This document shows positions 26,985 to 40,235 of a stretch of DNA of 64,000 nt, piece after piece. The stretch comes from Nageia nagi (Eukaryota > Plantae > Pinophyta): contig JBITNC010000001.1 in the NCBI GenBank assembly GCA_050084985.1, positions 113,336,001-113,400,000 of the forward strand, written 5' to 3'. Each line of letters opens with the position of its first letter. The stretch's first letter is position 1. A program made the translations under genes and the position numbers. Below the pieces are notes generated by a model. That model did no database searches. It was not told where the DNA came from and saw only the letters and a list, made by a program, of their open reading frames with translations.

Positions 26985-27002
26985 TGGCATGATCAATGGG
27001 AC
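26985..27002 (+). promoter_or_regulatory. Primer binding site, tRNA-Arg-like
   Basis: TGGCATGATCAATGGGAC, 17 nt downstream of the LTR end. Confidence 0.65.
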
Positions 27003-27155
27003 ATGAATCAAGATCCATATTTAGTAGGCATGAATAGGTTAGATAGTTGTGTTTGGTAAGCTATCATTTGATGTTTAAAATATTACAAGGTTTATTTCAC
27101 CTTATTGGTGAATCTACTATCAAACCAGTCAATATTTTGAACCCTATCACCTTCA

Positions 27156-30100
27156 AAATGTATATTTACTAGAAGTAGTGCCAAAAATTTCTCAAGATAA
27201 CCTAGATTTCAAGAGCAACCATTTCCTCAAAGGAGGACTATGCAAAAGATTTCCCAAAATGTGTCCCCACACATCCCTAGTTGACTCTACCCAAGAAAAT
27301 CCTTCACCTAATACTAATGGTCCAAACATGGTCCAACCTACCCTTACAAAGTTTCTTTCTTGTAATAATAGCCATCCCATAGTAGTTCCTACTAATTCCT
27401 AGACTATTCCCTAAACAACATTCAAGGTTTTGCCTAAATATGATGGGTATGGTAAAATACCTTATGAACATTGTCAAGATGTATCTATTTTACCATCAAG
27501 TTTTGATATTAATAATAAAACTATGATGATAAAACTATTTTCACATTCTTTTAAAGTAAAAGAAGCTACATAGTTTAAAACTTTAATCCCTCAATATATA
27601 AATACATGGGGAGAGTTATGTCAAGCTCTTATCAAAATATTTGCTGAAGATGGTGATGATAACACCTTTTTGAGCCCCATAGCTTATATCAAAAGATATC
27701 CCCATGAGTCTGTAGATGATTTTAACATAAGATTTGAGAAAACATGAAAATCTATTCCAATGGATATCAAACCAAAAAATGCTCAAGCCTTGGTATATTA
27801 TAGAAAAAAATTTCTCCTAGATCTTAATATGTTGATTGTTATGTTCGAGGATATTTTTCTAGATGTATATTAGAAAGCTAAAATTGCTAAACATACCTTG
27901 TTATCCTTTGGAAAGATGCAACCAATATCCATCATATCTTTTTTTCCTAATTTACCTCCTAAATGAGCTCCATAAAGTCTCCATTTTGGAGTGTTAGCCT
28001 TACCACCTCCTCCTCCTAAACCCATGGTTTAGAATCAAGTACCAGCACTACTTGCTCTTGCATCTTCAAGTATAAATACTAATTCTAAGTCAATGAAGAA
28101 GAAATGATAAAGAAATTGGAGATAACCTTTAGGAATCTTACAAATAAGCTCACTTTACAAGAAAGATAAAACCAAGGCTTCAACTACAGAAGATATGATA
28201 ATCAGTATCAATCGATATTTTAGCCTAGAAAATGATCAAATAGAATAGCCTACTACTCCTAAAGTAATTGATATTGTAGTTATGAATAGTTCTATAGAGA
28301 GTGATCCTCCAAGTATTATGAAATTCCTCACTTCCTATATTCCTATGCCATTTATCAACACCAATATGTAGGTTTACATTTTGATCATATGGTAGAACCT
28401 ATAATAGACCTTGCTATAGACATTACCATGGTTAATTTTTGGCTTTTGAGCTATGCTGGAGAGAAACCCAATTGTGTCCAAACCAGAGCTCATCCTCAAT
28501 AGCCCCATAGTAAGCCAAAGTAACTTGGAAAAATTAACAATCCATTCCTACTCAACTTGATCCAAAAAGAGCTAAGGATCCTATACTTCAACCATTGAAT
28601 CTAGAAAATTAGCTTCCTAGTCATCCAGGTAAAGTTTCTCAAGATCTAGTTAATGTTGCTTTTTTAGCAAGAAACCCCACTACAACCAAAATTGAAGTCC
28701 TAAAGAAAGAGAAGCCTCCTCCACTAAGATATCTTAAAAATAGTAAACATAGAGTAAATGAGGGTAATGTAGTGTTTACAATTTTTGATGATGTCCCTTT
28801 AGCTTTTATAGGCATAAGAATACCTCCACCTTTTTATCTATCTCTTAGATTATAAGGTTGGGTAGTTAATAATTGTGTGATTGATATTGAAGCTACCATT
28901 ATCATTATCCTCAAAGTTATTGCAAATAAGATGAAATTAGATATTACTTGATGTATAGATTAAGTCATACAATTGGATTATTCCCTGATAAATGTAGTTG
29001 GTAGTGTAAAAGGAGTTTTCATAAATCTGAATGAATTCCTTGATATCTATGTCATTCAAGATATTATTATCATTGATCTTCCATCCTTGTTTGGGATATG
29101 CTTATTTAGAGAATTCACTACCAAGTTGGCAAGGTACTCAGCTTTTAATTACACACATCTTTTACTCCCTTTCCAAAACAATTAGTTTAAAATCCCAAAT
29201 GGAGGAACTAAAAGTGTCCATCTTAAGAAGATCACAAAACAAAACTGCATGAATGGCACCAAACTAGTATAAATATTTAAGAGGGATACACTTAGAGAGT
29301 CAATGCTAAGCATAAAGTTCCTTTCAGCTAATTATCTCAATTACCATATCATTAATATTGGCATGGATAACTATTATGTATATGAAAATATGTAGCCAAT
29401 ATTAGTCATAACTAAAATAGAGCATGAGGTATGGATGATGTACTTTGATGGGGCTATATGCAAACATGGTTATGGTGCTAGTGTTATTTTCAAATTACCA
29501 TAAGGACACATGAAAAGGTTCTCATTTAGATTCATATGCATTTGCACAAATAATGCTATTGAATATGAAGCACTTTGTTTAGGGTTATCTAAAGTGATCA
29601 ACATGGGCATTAGATGCTTGGTGGTGTATGGTGATTATGAACTAGTCATAAAGCAAGTTAGAGATGAGATTAGTGCAAGATATCCCTATCTAAAGACTTA
29701 CAGGAATAGGGTATGGGAATTATTAGAGTCATTCCTAAAAATCAAGTTCATCTCTCTTCTTAGGAGGTACAATCAAGTTGCTTATGCACTTGTAGGTAAA
29801 GGAGAATGTTACAATCCTTCTTATCACAAGAGAGAGAGAGCTGTGGAGTTAAAGTCCTATGTAGGCTATTTATGTTTGACACTACAAATTTTTGGTAGGT
29901 ATTTGAATTTGATGAACATGTTATGAATTTCCTTATATATGAAGTAGTAGCTTACACCTTTGATGTTGAAGAACTACCTAACTATTTCAAAGATTCAGAT
30001 GTTATACAACTCAAAAACAATGTCATACCCAAATTTTTTCTCTCTTTTGAATGACTATTTGATTCTAAAGATGTTCAAAAAGCTAAAACTTTGGATGTTT

Positions 30101-32390
30101 AAAAGGAGAGCAATGTTGAGCTAGAAGTTAAACCTGGAATATGCATAAAGATTGGATCAAAGTACTTTGAAGAAGAAAGAAAAGTGATATTTTAGATTTA
30201 CCATGAGTTATCCAAGGCAATTTCTTGGACTTATGATGATCTAAAGATATATGATAAGAATGTGATCTAGCACACCATCGAGATTGAACGAGAAGCAAAA
30301 ACATATAGACAAAAATAAAGGCTAGTCAACCTAAGAATAGAAGAAGCTATGAAGTAGAGTTAATTATCTATCCTATCAAACATTCTTTTTAAATTGCCAA
30401 TTTAGTCTCAATAAGAAATAAGAGTGGAGAAATCATATTGTGCATAGATTTCAAAAATCTAAACCAAGTGTCTCTCAAACAAAATTATCCTCTCCCTCTC
30501 ATGAAACAAATCCTACACAAAGTATTTAAAGCATGCTATTTTTATATGATTAATGGCTATTTAGGATTCAACCAAATTTGGGTAAAAGATGAGGATCATT
30601 TCAAAACTACATTCACTACCAAGTAGATGATATTTGCATTTCAAAGAATGCCTTTTGGTCTCTCCAATGTTGGGGTTACTTTTTAGAGAGCCATGGACCA
30701 TGCCTTTGGTGACTTGATAAATAAGATAATCATGATCTACCTGATCATATCATAGTTTTTCCTAGGAGTAGAAAGGACCACTTGAATCATATTAGGCAAG
30801 TTTTTGAAAAATGTATAGAATTTGGGATTTGTAGCAATCTTAAAAAGTCTATTTTTATGGTTAACCAAGGATAAATGCTAGGTTGTCTCAAAAAAGGGAT
30901 TGGCAATTGATCTAGATAGAGTGAAAGCTATTGATGCATTGCCTCTACCTTCAAATAAGAAGGCCTTGCAATATTTTCTTGATCAAATCAATTTTGTCAA
31001 AAAAAATTTTAATGATTTTTCAGAGATTATTTTTCCAATCATAGCAATGTTAAAGAAAGATGTATTTTTCTAGTTTGAAGAAGAAAAGAAAGCTTTTCAT
31101 GATATTAAAAAGACTATAATTGAAGCTCCTATTTTGAAGAATCCTATTTTTTCAAAAGATTTTATCATGTATGCATATGGAGCAAAGAAAAGTGTTGTTA
31201 CCATCCTAGCACAAAAAGATGACTAGAAGGAAGAACATTCCATTACCTTTCATAGTCAAACACTGCACCAACACAAGAGAAGGTACTCATTTATTGATAA
31301 ACAAGTGTTTTCCATAATGAAAAGATTTAAAAAGGTTAAGCATTATGTGTCCCATCACAAAATCCTTGTATATCCCATTCACCCAAATGTAAGAAATTAT
31401 GTTATCAAAGGAGAATTAGGTGAAGAAAAAGTTGGTTAGATCACAAAAATAGTAGAATATGATGTAGAAATTAAACCAAACAAGCTCATAAGGGGAAGGG
31501 CCCTCTATGTAAATATAGCAAAGGCTACATACATGTTTACTATTATGGAGGATGAGAAGCATCTTAATCAAGAAAGTGATTTGATTAAGCAATTTAATTT
31601 TTATTTTAAAATTGATAAATATACTAATTTTTTTGATAGGTTTCAAAGAAGGAGATTTAGGTTGAAAGCATTGAATTTTATGATGGTAGATGACTATCTT
31701 TACATGAAGAATTTTGATCAGACCTTGTTGAGATGTGTATCTCAGGATGAAGCCTAAAGAATTTTACATGAATTTCATTATGGATTTTCTAAAGGATATT
31801 ATAGTGGTCCCATTATCATAACAAAATATTGCAAGCCAAATATTATTGGCCTAATTTATTTCAATATTCATTCAAGATAGCCTGAGAGTGTGAAAAATGT
31901 AGTAGATATGTAGGAAAAATAAGACTATGCATTATGGGCAAATAAGATTAATGTCAAATTTCCATAAAGACATCTCTCTATGCATTAGTTTATGGTAAGA
32001 GACTAGTTTTGCCAATTCATCTTGAGTTACTTGCATTAAAAATCCTACAAAGGTTAAAAGACTAAGAATTTGATCCATTGGAAGCAAGGTTCAATAAGTT
32101 GATAAAGTTATACCAATCCTTCAAGCATCAACAACATATTGCTAAGAAATGGTTCAAAAAATAAAAGTCATCTTGGATCAAGTTTGAAGTCAAAGACATC
32201 GTCCTCAAATGGGATGAAGAAAGAGAAAATCTTAGGAAACATAAAAAAATTGATTCCTTATGGACTAGGCCCTATATCATCATTCAAGCCTCATAGAATA
32301 ATGCATTCAAGCTTCAATACATTGATGAATCTTAAGAATTGCCTATCCTAGTGAATGAGATCTATTTGAAATATTACCAGGTGATCAGGT
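27156..32390 (+). pseudogene. gag-pol remnant (gag, PR, aRH, RT, RH, INT with catalytic core deleted)
   Basis: PKYDG (gag); NNCVIDIEAT near 28870 (PR); WMMYFDGA...TNNAIEYEALCLGL...VYGDYELVIKQV at 29430-29790 (aRH); CIDFKNLN, NYPLP, GYLGFNQI, MPFGLSN (RT); RH about 31130-31480; INT zinc-finger part joined directly to the ALWA..YALVYG part near 31925. Confidence 0.92.
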
Positions 32391-33249
32391 GATTTCATAA
32401 CACTTGCTAAGATTGTATAGTGTAAATAATCCACTATTTTTTATTATTATTATTTTCAAAAAAATAAAAATTAATTGTATTTATAGGTTCCTTGATGATG
32501 TGCTTCCAAAGAAGGTGGGTAACTATTAATGCTTCCATTAACTAGGCATGGTGGAGGTTAAACCTAATGGATGTAAAATATCTTATCAAAAGGATGATAT
32601 TTAAAAGCTAGATTTTGTTAAAAAAAACCACAAGTTGTACCTTACTTTCCAATTTAAATTTGGCATGTTTGAATTAAATGTGATCTCGCGTATCATCCTT
32701 GACATCACACTCTATGTGAACCTCAAAATTCCTTATTCATTAATTTCCATTAATATATTACATTCACAAACCATACACAAATGAAAATATACTCATAAAC
32801 CTCTTATTTTCTCACTTAGAAAATTTTAGAGCCCAAGTTTTTGAGAGTTGTAGAGCATCAGTCTACAAAGCTTTTGGTGCTAGGTATGGAAGAGTATCAT
32901 AGCTTGATCTTGTGGAGGTTGTATGTACTAGATGCTTACTCGAGCTACACAAAGGTTATTGAACATTATGGTAAGCACTAAGAAGACTATAGATATTGAG
33001 GAAGATGGGGTGTATGCTAACTTGATAGTGATTCATGAGGAGTACTTGGAGAATGCTCCCAATGTTAATTGGATAGAGGCAAGAGTCATGAATCACATGG
33101 AAACCTAACAAGCTAACTTTGAAAGAATCCTATTATAGCATCAGAAGCTAGAGGTTGTAGGCAAAGGCAAATCATTAGCAAGAGAAAATAATGTTAAGCT
33201 AGATTAGGGATTAGTGTATTATGTGTCCTATGATTCTTTCACCTATATA

Positions 33250-36200
33250 AGGATCCTTTTTTCCGCACTTAGGCATAGCTTGTAGACCTATAAGGTAAAA
33301 CTTATAAGGAGCAGTAGAAGGGAGAAGTAGAGTCTAGGTATTAGCCTAATATCTTTTTAGACTACTCCTTAGAGGTAATTGTACATACATTTGCAATCCT
33401 CACTGATTAGGGATTCCATGTCAAGAAGAATATCAATCTCAAGAGAGAAAAGGTTGATTTTTATCAAAATGAGAATGAGATGGTAGATTGGATTGATAAG
33501 AGGTATGAAGGAAGATGCACCAAGCTCCTATAGAGCTATGAAATCACCTCATTTAACAAATCTTGAGATAGATAGGTCTTACAGATGTTGGTGGTTATTC
33601 TTGATAAAAAAAACTAGATTGAGGCAGATGAAGCCATGATGAGAATGGTATACAATATTATTAAGGCACATATTTGCTATGAATTTCCTACCTTCATCTC
33701 AAATGAGGTCAAGAAATTTTTTTATATTAAAAATTTAATTTTTAACACTCATCATATTTGTGGTGGTTCATAGTCCATCAAAATTTGGAAGCTCTGGTGG
33801 AAGGAGGACTCCAGATTGCATTGGCTACTTTGTCTACAACACTCACACTAATTGATTTAAGTGTGTCGATGCTTACATAAGTCCATAGCTCATACTATGA
33901 GTTTATGGAGAAATTATTTGACCTAGTGATGCACATTCTCATGGGAAGAGTCACTCATAGATTGCACTAATCAATCATGAAGGAGTTGTAAGGAGGAAAC
34001 AACATTGGAGATTGGTATTTTTTGAAGAATCATATAGTAATAATAAGGTTTATGTATTTTGAAAACCCATTTTATTACCTAAATTTGTTATCCATAGTTG
34101 TATTCTTTAGAAATGGGTAGACAAATGTGTCTTATAGAAAGTAAGTATAAATTAGGGGGTAATTTTAAACCCATTATCAAAATGCTTACAATTGCTGCAA
34201 ATTTTACTTTAATAGAAATAGGTTGTAAAGTTGAGCTAGTGGACTTTATTGTATAGAATTTTAAATTGGATAGTGTATATACCCCTTGGATGTATGATCC
34301 AATGGGTGATATAATAAAAGTAATAAAATCAAATAAAAATTGCTTGGTATTTGGTCATGAACCCTGATCCCATATTGAATATTTTGTAAACCAAACTGTG
34401 TAAGAAGCAGAAGCATCCCCAAAGTGGGAGTTCAGAATTTTAGATAAGGTATAGATGGCCTTAGATGATGTCAAAAAGTATAGAATCTGAGAGATCAAAA
34501 GATAAGAATTTTCTGTAAACCCAAAGTTCATCGCTCAGTTATAGGATGAGTTAGGTTGGGGCTCCAATAAGATTGAATATTTCACTAAGTTCATATTTGA
34601 ATATACCATCAAGGTAACACATGTTGAAAATCAACCCTTTGGTATATTCAGATGAGATCAATATTGGCATTTTGAGTATTTGAAAGATCCATTTATAGAA
34701 AATGGGAAGCCATTTTTGGAAATTCAATAAAGAACAATAAAGGATAATCAACCATTAGCCTAGTGAGCACAACAACTACAAGATCCAAAGAAGAGGAAAG
34801 CTGGTGAAGTCTCTGGTTCTTGATAGCTTCAAAAAAAGAAAAAAGGAGCTCAAATTACAATAGCTACCACTTGTTAGGAGTCTTTTCCAAAGAGGAAAAA
34901 AAGAATCATGTCACTATCCAAAGAGCAATAGACCCCAAAGGAGAAACAAGTTCCAAAAAAGAAGGCACCTATGAGCAAACCATTTATGGTAAAATGCACC
35001 CAAACTCCATCTCTATGGGTGGTAAGTGAAGAATAAGTAGAACCTAAAATAAGAATGGAAGATATTGAATTGGTATATGCAAAAGAAACCCAAAAACTCT
35101 AAAAAACTTACACCATTATTTATCAAGATGCTCAAGAGGAAATGGGAGATGAAATGCAATGAGGAGGAAAAGTACTAGACACAGGTGGTATCGCAACAGC
35201 AAGAGGTGAAGCATGTGAAGATGGAGATTATGATGATGAAAAGGATCTGAATAAAAAGAAAGACTCTTGCCCAAAGGCTTAGCCACTTGAAAAGAATGCT
35301 ACTGATGAAGAAGAAGAGGATGTATAGATTATTCCCTTTATGGATAAAGCAACATAGAAGCCTACCCAAGATACTCCAGCATCAACTTCATGAGTAGGTG
35401 TATCTTCCCATTCTTTAATTCCTTTTTCTATAGCCTCATAAGAGGAAATTAAAAATATTTTTCTACTCAAGTAGTAGATCCCATAGATTAGGCAACATTT
35501 ATTAATAAATCCCCTATGGTCTTGGAGAAACATGAGAGAATTTTGAATAAAGTGATAGAAATGAGGGATATTAAAATTGCTCATATGCATTTTAAAGAAG
35601 GGAAATTAGACTTAACCCCCATGGTTTTTATAAATGTAAATATGCAAAGTACTCTAGCTATAGATTGGTCTAGATTTTTGGTTAACACTTACTTGGTGAC
35701 AGGTAAGAGTCTTCAATCAATGGAGAACAAAATAGAGAAGCTAAATAAAAATATTGATCACTACAAAAAGGACTACTCCTAGAAAGATAATATGATAGTT
35801 GGGCTGAAAAATCAAAATAAAGAATTAATTTAAAAACTAGCCAAGTAGAAGTTTGGGCATGAAAAGAGCCTTGAAAAGGCTAAGGTTGAGTTGAAGAATA
35901 TGAAGAAATAGATCAAAGACCTCAATTCTCATGCTAGTTATTGAAAAATAAAAGGATCAATAGATTGAAGAAGAATTGAAAAAGATAATAGCAAAAAATA
36001 AAGTGTTAAATGATGATAAGATTAAGCTACTAGAAATTATCAAAAATATTAGAAAAACCCTAGTTGGGTAGGTAGGAGAAAGACTAGTCAACATGTCCTA
36101 GTTACATCTATTGAAGAATCAAATAGAACAAGTTATCCAATAATACATTACTCAGTTCACACTCCATAAATTGGCCTTATCAAACCCAAGATTAAAAATT

Positions 36201-36742
36201 AAAGGGATGCAAAGTTGGCTCAAGGCCTTAATAGAGAAAGATATGGCCATAATTACTCTAAGGCCTAGACAAACAATTTTGAGAAGGATAAAGATATCTA
36301 TGATTTACAAGATTTAGTGGTTTTTATGGACTTGGAGAAATATCAATTAAAAATGTAAATTAGCTTTGTAAATAGATTCTTTCATGTTTTCATTCAATTA
36401 AAGGCTCCCAAATTGTGGGAGGAACCAGATGTACAAGGTAGTGCCAATCGATGGTTGGTGAATACTAAATAATTTTTAGAATAGTCATTTTCAAAAAAAA
36501 TAAAATTCAAACTTGCAAGCAATAGGTTATTTTTCCTAGCAAGCAATATCAAGATTTTGTATACTGGAAGACTAGAGAGTGTGTTGACAAGCTTCAGAGA
36601 AAATATAATCAAATTACAAGTATGCCCTATTTTATCACAATTGGATAATCAAGATCTAAAGGATCTATATAAAAAGCTACAATTTATGTTTTTTTTTAGA
36701 TTTAATCCCATCACTAGAATTCCCATAAAAAGATCCATCTAG
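33250..36742 (+). pseudogene. Extra 3' ORF of the Tat-like element: globular N-terminal domain, acidic linker, coiled coil
   Basis: Stop-riddled but coherent: YEFPTFISNEV, HSSYLWWFIVHQN, IGDWYFLKNHIVI, LPKFV, LEMGRQ; E/D/K-rich middle (34780-35350); heptad-rich LQSMENKIEKLNKNIDHYKK. Confidence 0.65.
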
Positions 36743-36815
36743 GCAAGCAAGTAGATGTGGCTAATAAGGGTCTTATTCTTCATCATGCTGAAGACCCCGA
36801 GAGCTACCAAAAAAA

Positions 36816-38650
36816 TGTTATTCTTTAAAAATTACATTGTGTAAGGAGGATAACATTCTGCTATCCCTTCATTCTTTCATTCATTTATTCTTCCTCAATA
36901 AGATCCATGCTTTTAATTCTTGTTTCTTATTCCTTTTTTATTCTTTTTATAAGTGTTGTAATGAGTTTATAGTCTTTATATTTAGCCATTTTTATCAAAT
37001 TTTGTTAAGTTTAGGAAAGTCTAGGTATTGTTGATGTTTATGGGTCATAGTTGATTTGTGTGATAACTTAATCCACCATTTTGTTGAGAGGTGGGTGTTG
37101 TTGTGTAAATAAGTCTTGTTTGTTTGTTGAAACATATTTATGTCTTCACCAAAAACTATACATATGTCTGAGGCGAAAAGGTAGTTTTATTTTGTTTAAT
37201 TCATATCTAAGAGGTAATTTAACATGTAAGGGAAGAAAGTGCCTAAGTCCAAGTCTAGGTCTTATAGGAGTTCAAGCCTATAAAAATCAGGTTCTATAGA
37301 CTTGGGTACTTCTTATGGGTAGTATTATAAATATGAGGCATTACTGAGTTGATTCAATAAATGAGTAATGTTATAGAGCCTACGGATTTCCAAAGGAAAA
37401 GTTTTACCATACACCAAAAGTTAGCGAGCACTAAGTTAGTCCATCAACGGGTGTTACCAAGTAACCAAAAGTGAAAGATTTTTTAGTGATTCCTTTCTAC
37501 AGAGCCTATTGATATTAAATGATGATGTCACATCTTTTATTGAAAATTGATGGGTGATAAGGCAACTCCTAGTTAGCCAATAGAACCTGCTAAAGAAAGT
37601 AAGACCTGGTAAGCTGAAAAGAGAATTGTGAGATAAGGAGAACACTCGAGTCCACTTAATCAAAGAGTGTTTGACCTCTGAGACTCTATCAATGTGTTGA
37701 ATTCAACTCATTTATACATGGTAGTTTAAATTCTCCCTTAGGATTCAATTTTATATCTTTCATTTCCCTCATAGTTCTCGTAACTTGGAGCTATAGTGAT
37801 CTTCATAAATGGTTGCAAAGAGTTAGATGGCCATTAATAGAGCTTAGAGATAAATCATAGCAATCAAGCTAATGGACCATACCTTAATAATTAGCTACAT
37901 TGCAACATGATATATTCAAATACAAATCTAAGAGATTACAACTAAGAAGGTAAAAGAGACTTAGAGTCTACAGATTCCTAAACATTGACATTGATTGTAC
38001 TAAGTCACTATGTAATCTAGCATAGTTATAGATTGAAGCTGTACATTTGTAAATAAATCTTTATTTCTATTCTTAGCTAGTAGGGAAATTAAGAGTAATA
38101 ATGGTGCATATCCACCCAATTTTAAATATATTCTTATAAATAATGGAATGTTAGAGGTCCAAAAGGTCAAACATTTTAACAAGGTTTCCCAATGTATGAA
38201 GAGCTTTCATATATGATAATACAATACAGTGATGCTTTTCCCTCTGTAATTTGTGGCTATGTATTATGTGTTTTTAGTATTATGTATGAAACATTATCTT
38301 AAGTTGTGGTTATGCATTGTGACTGTGAGAACCCAAGAGTAAGATAGTTTACTATTCCTAATCTTGGCTATGGATTGATGCTTATGCGATAATGCCTGGG
38401 CTTATTAGTTTCAATTTGCTTTTTTAGTTTTTTTTTTTCAATTTCTTTTCTATCACTCTTATATTTTATCTCTTTCTAGTTACTTTTGACCTTTACCATG
38501 GATAGGAACTAGCCTATAAGCCAAAGATCGACCAAAAAACCTCATGAGCACACTATCCCACCACTTTCTACTCTTTCAAGAACCCTATTATTGCAGGAAA
38601 TGGAGAACAAGACCAGACCAAACCTTAAGGTTGCATTATACTAATCAACA
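36816..38650 (+). repeat. 3' LTR of Tat-like element B
   Basis: TGTTATTC...TAATCAACA, collinear with 25162-26967. Confidence 0.93.
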
Positions 38651-40235
38651 TAAATGACTCATGAATTAACTACTTCTATCAATATTTTATCTTAAGGTTG
38701 AAAGAATTTAGCAAATGGAGAGATCAATATAAAGAAAAGAGTTATTATTTTGTTGATTCATAGTATATATTTATAACATAATAAACTAACAATAATTTTT
38801 TTATTTTATTAATTAGAAAGTGAGGTTTTAAGTACCCCATACCTTTAGAAACTTTGGAAATACTTTATTATGCATAAAACTTAGTACTATTAATGGATTC
38901 TTTTTCAATACTCTTCGCACTAGAATTTTTCTTTTTTAGAAAGGGCATTAAATATTTCCATTTAAACATTTAAAACATGGGCTTGAAGATTTGGAAAAAA
39001 TAATTTCTACCCAAAATAAAAATTCCTCTCCTTAGAGGAGTTGATTGCTAGGAGAACTCTATATGATAAAAAATATTAAAACATAGGCCTAAAATTTAAA
39101 AATTATTTTACTACTGAAAATATCAAAGGTCTTTCTTGGGAGGATTTGAAGCATTGTAGCTATCAAAAATGGACCCTAAGAATGGTTTGAATCTACTAGT
39201 TGATGCCATGGTCATCTTCTTGAAGTGATTTGTCTTATATAATCCCTAGATATCTACCAAAACTAACAAGACAAGGTTTCTTTCATAAATATAATATGTT
39301 TGATGAACAATAAGAAGAGATGTATGCATCAGATATCTCTATATTCAAAATTAGGCAAGTTCCCATGATTTTGTATGATGGATCCATATGAAGCACAATG
39401 TGGACATCGTAGAGGCCTATTTTAGGGTGTGGATGCAATAGAGGCCTAGTTTAGGGCATGGACATTGTACCTTTGGATGACTTGAGCAGGGAAACTAAAT
39501 GTTCAAGGTCAATTTAGTTGCCATAACTATTTGGGAAGTTACTTCATTAGTTTTAGAAGTTGAATGATGATATGTGGTTGTATATCTACCTATATAATTA
39601 ATTATTGAAGTTGTTGACACTTTTCATGTTGAAGATTTGAATCAACATCTGATTCAAGAAGATTGCAAAATTTACAAAGTTAGGAAGGACTTTTTATGTA
39701 TATGTCATGTTTATCCATATTCTTTTATATGTAAAATCCATTTGAATCCCCATAATGAAGAAGATTAACCATTAAATTGGATGCACTCCTATATTGGGAG
39801 GAACTAGTATAAATATCTTGCATTATTTTATGTATATGTTTGATTTATACTGTTCTAAGTATTTTATCAATATTTTTCACATACATACTTAATTTTGTAA
39901 CTGGGTTCAAGTAAATGAATAGCATTGATGCCCTAAAAATAGACATTTAGGAGTGTCCATGATGTATAATTATTATAATTAGGTTCAATAAAATCATATA
40001 AATGAAATTTGTATGTGATGAAATATAGAATGATATATTCTATCTGAGTTTTATAGATCACTTGATACTAGACCACTAGTTCAAGTTGATTAGGAATTTA
40101 TGAATGCAAGGTAGAAGGTCTCAAAGAGGTGATTTATTTCCTCTTGATCTTGAGATTGGAAGAAGACATGGAAGATCCAATTCAATGGAATAGTAGGAAT
40201 GAAGCTAAATAAGATAGCTTAAAATAGATTCTAAT

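Larger units (their letters stand above)
25162..38650 (+). mobile_element. Full-length decayed Ty3/Gypsy Tat-lineage element (aRH before RT, TatII-like) with extra 3' ORF
   Basis: LTRs 25162-26967 and 36816-38650; decayed TSD TGAAC/TAAAT (two transitions); PBS at 26985; gag-PR-aRH-RT-RH-INT remnants. Confidence 0.93.
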
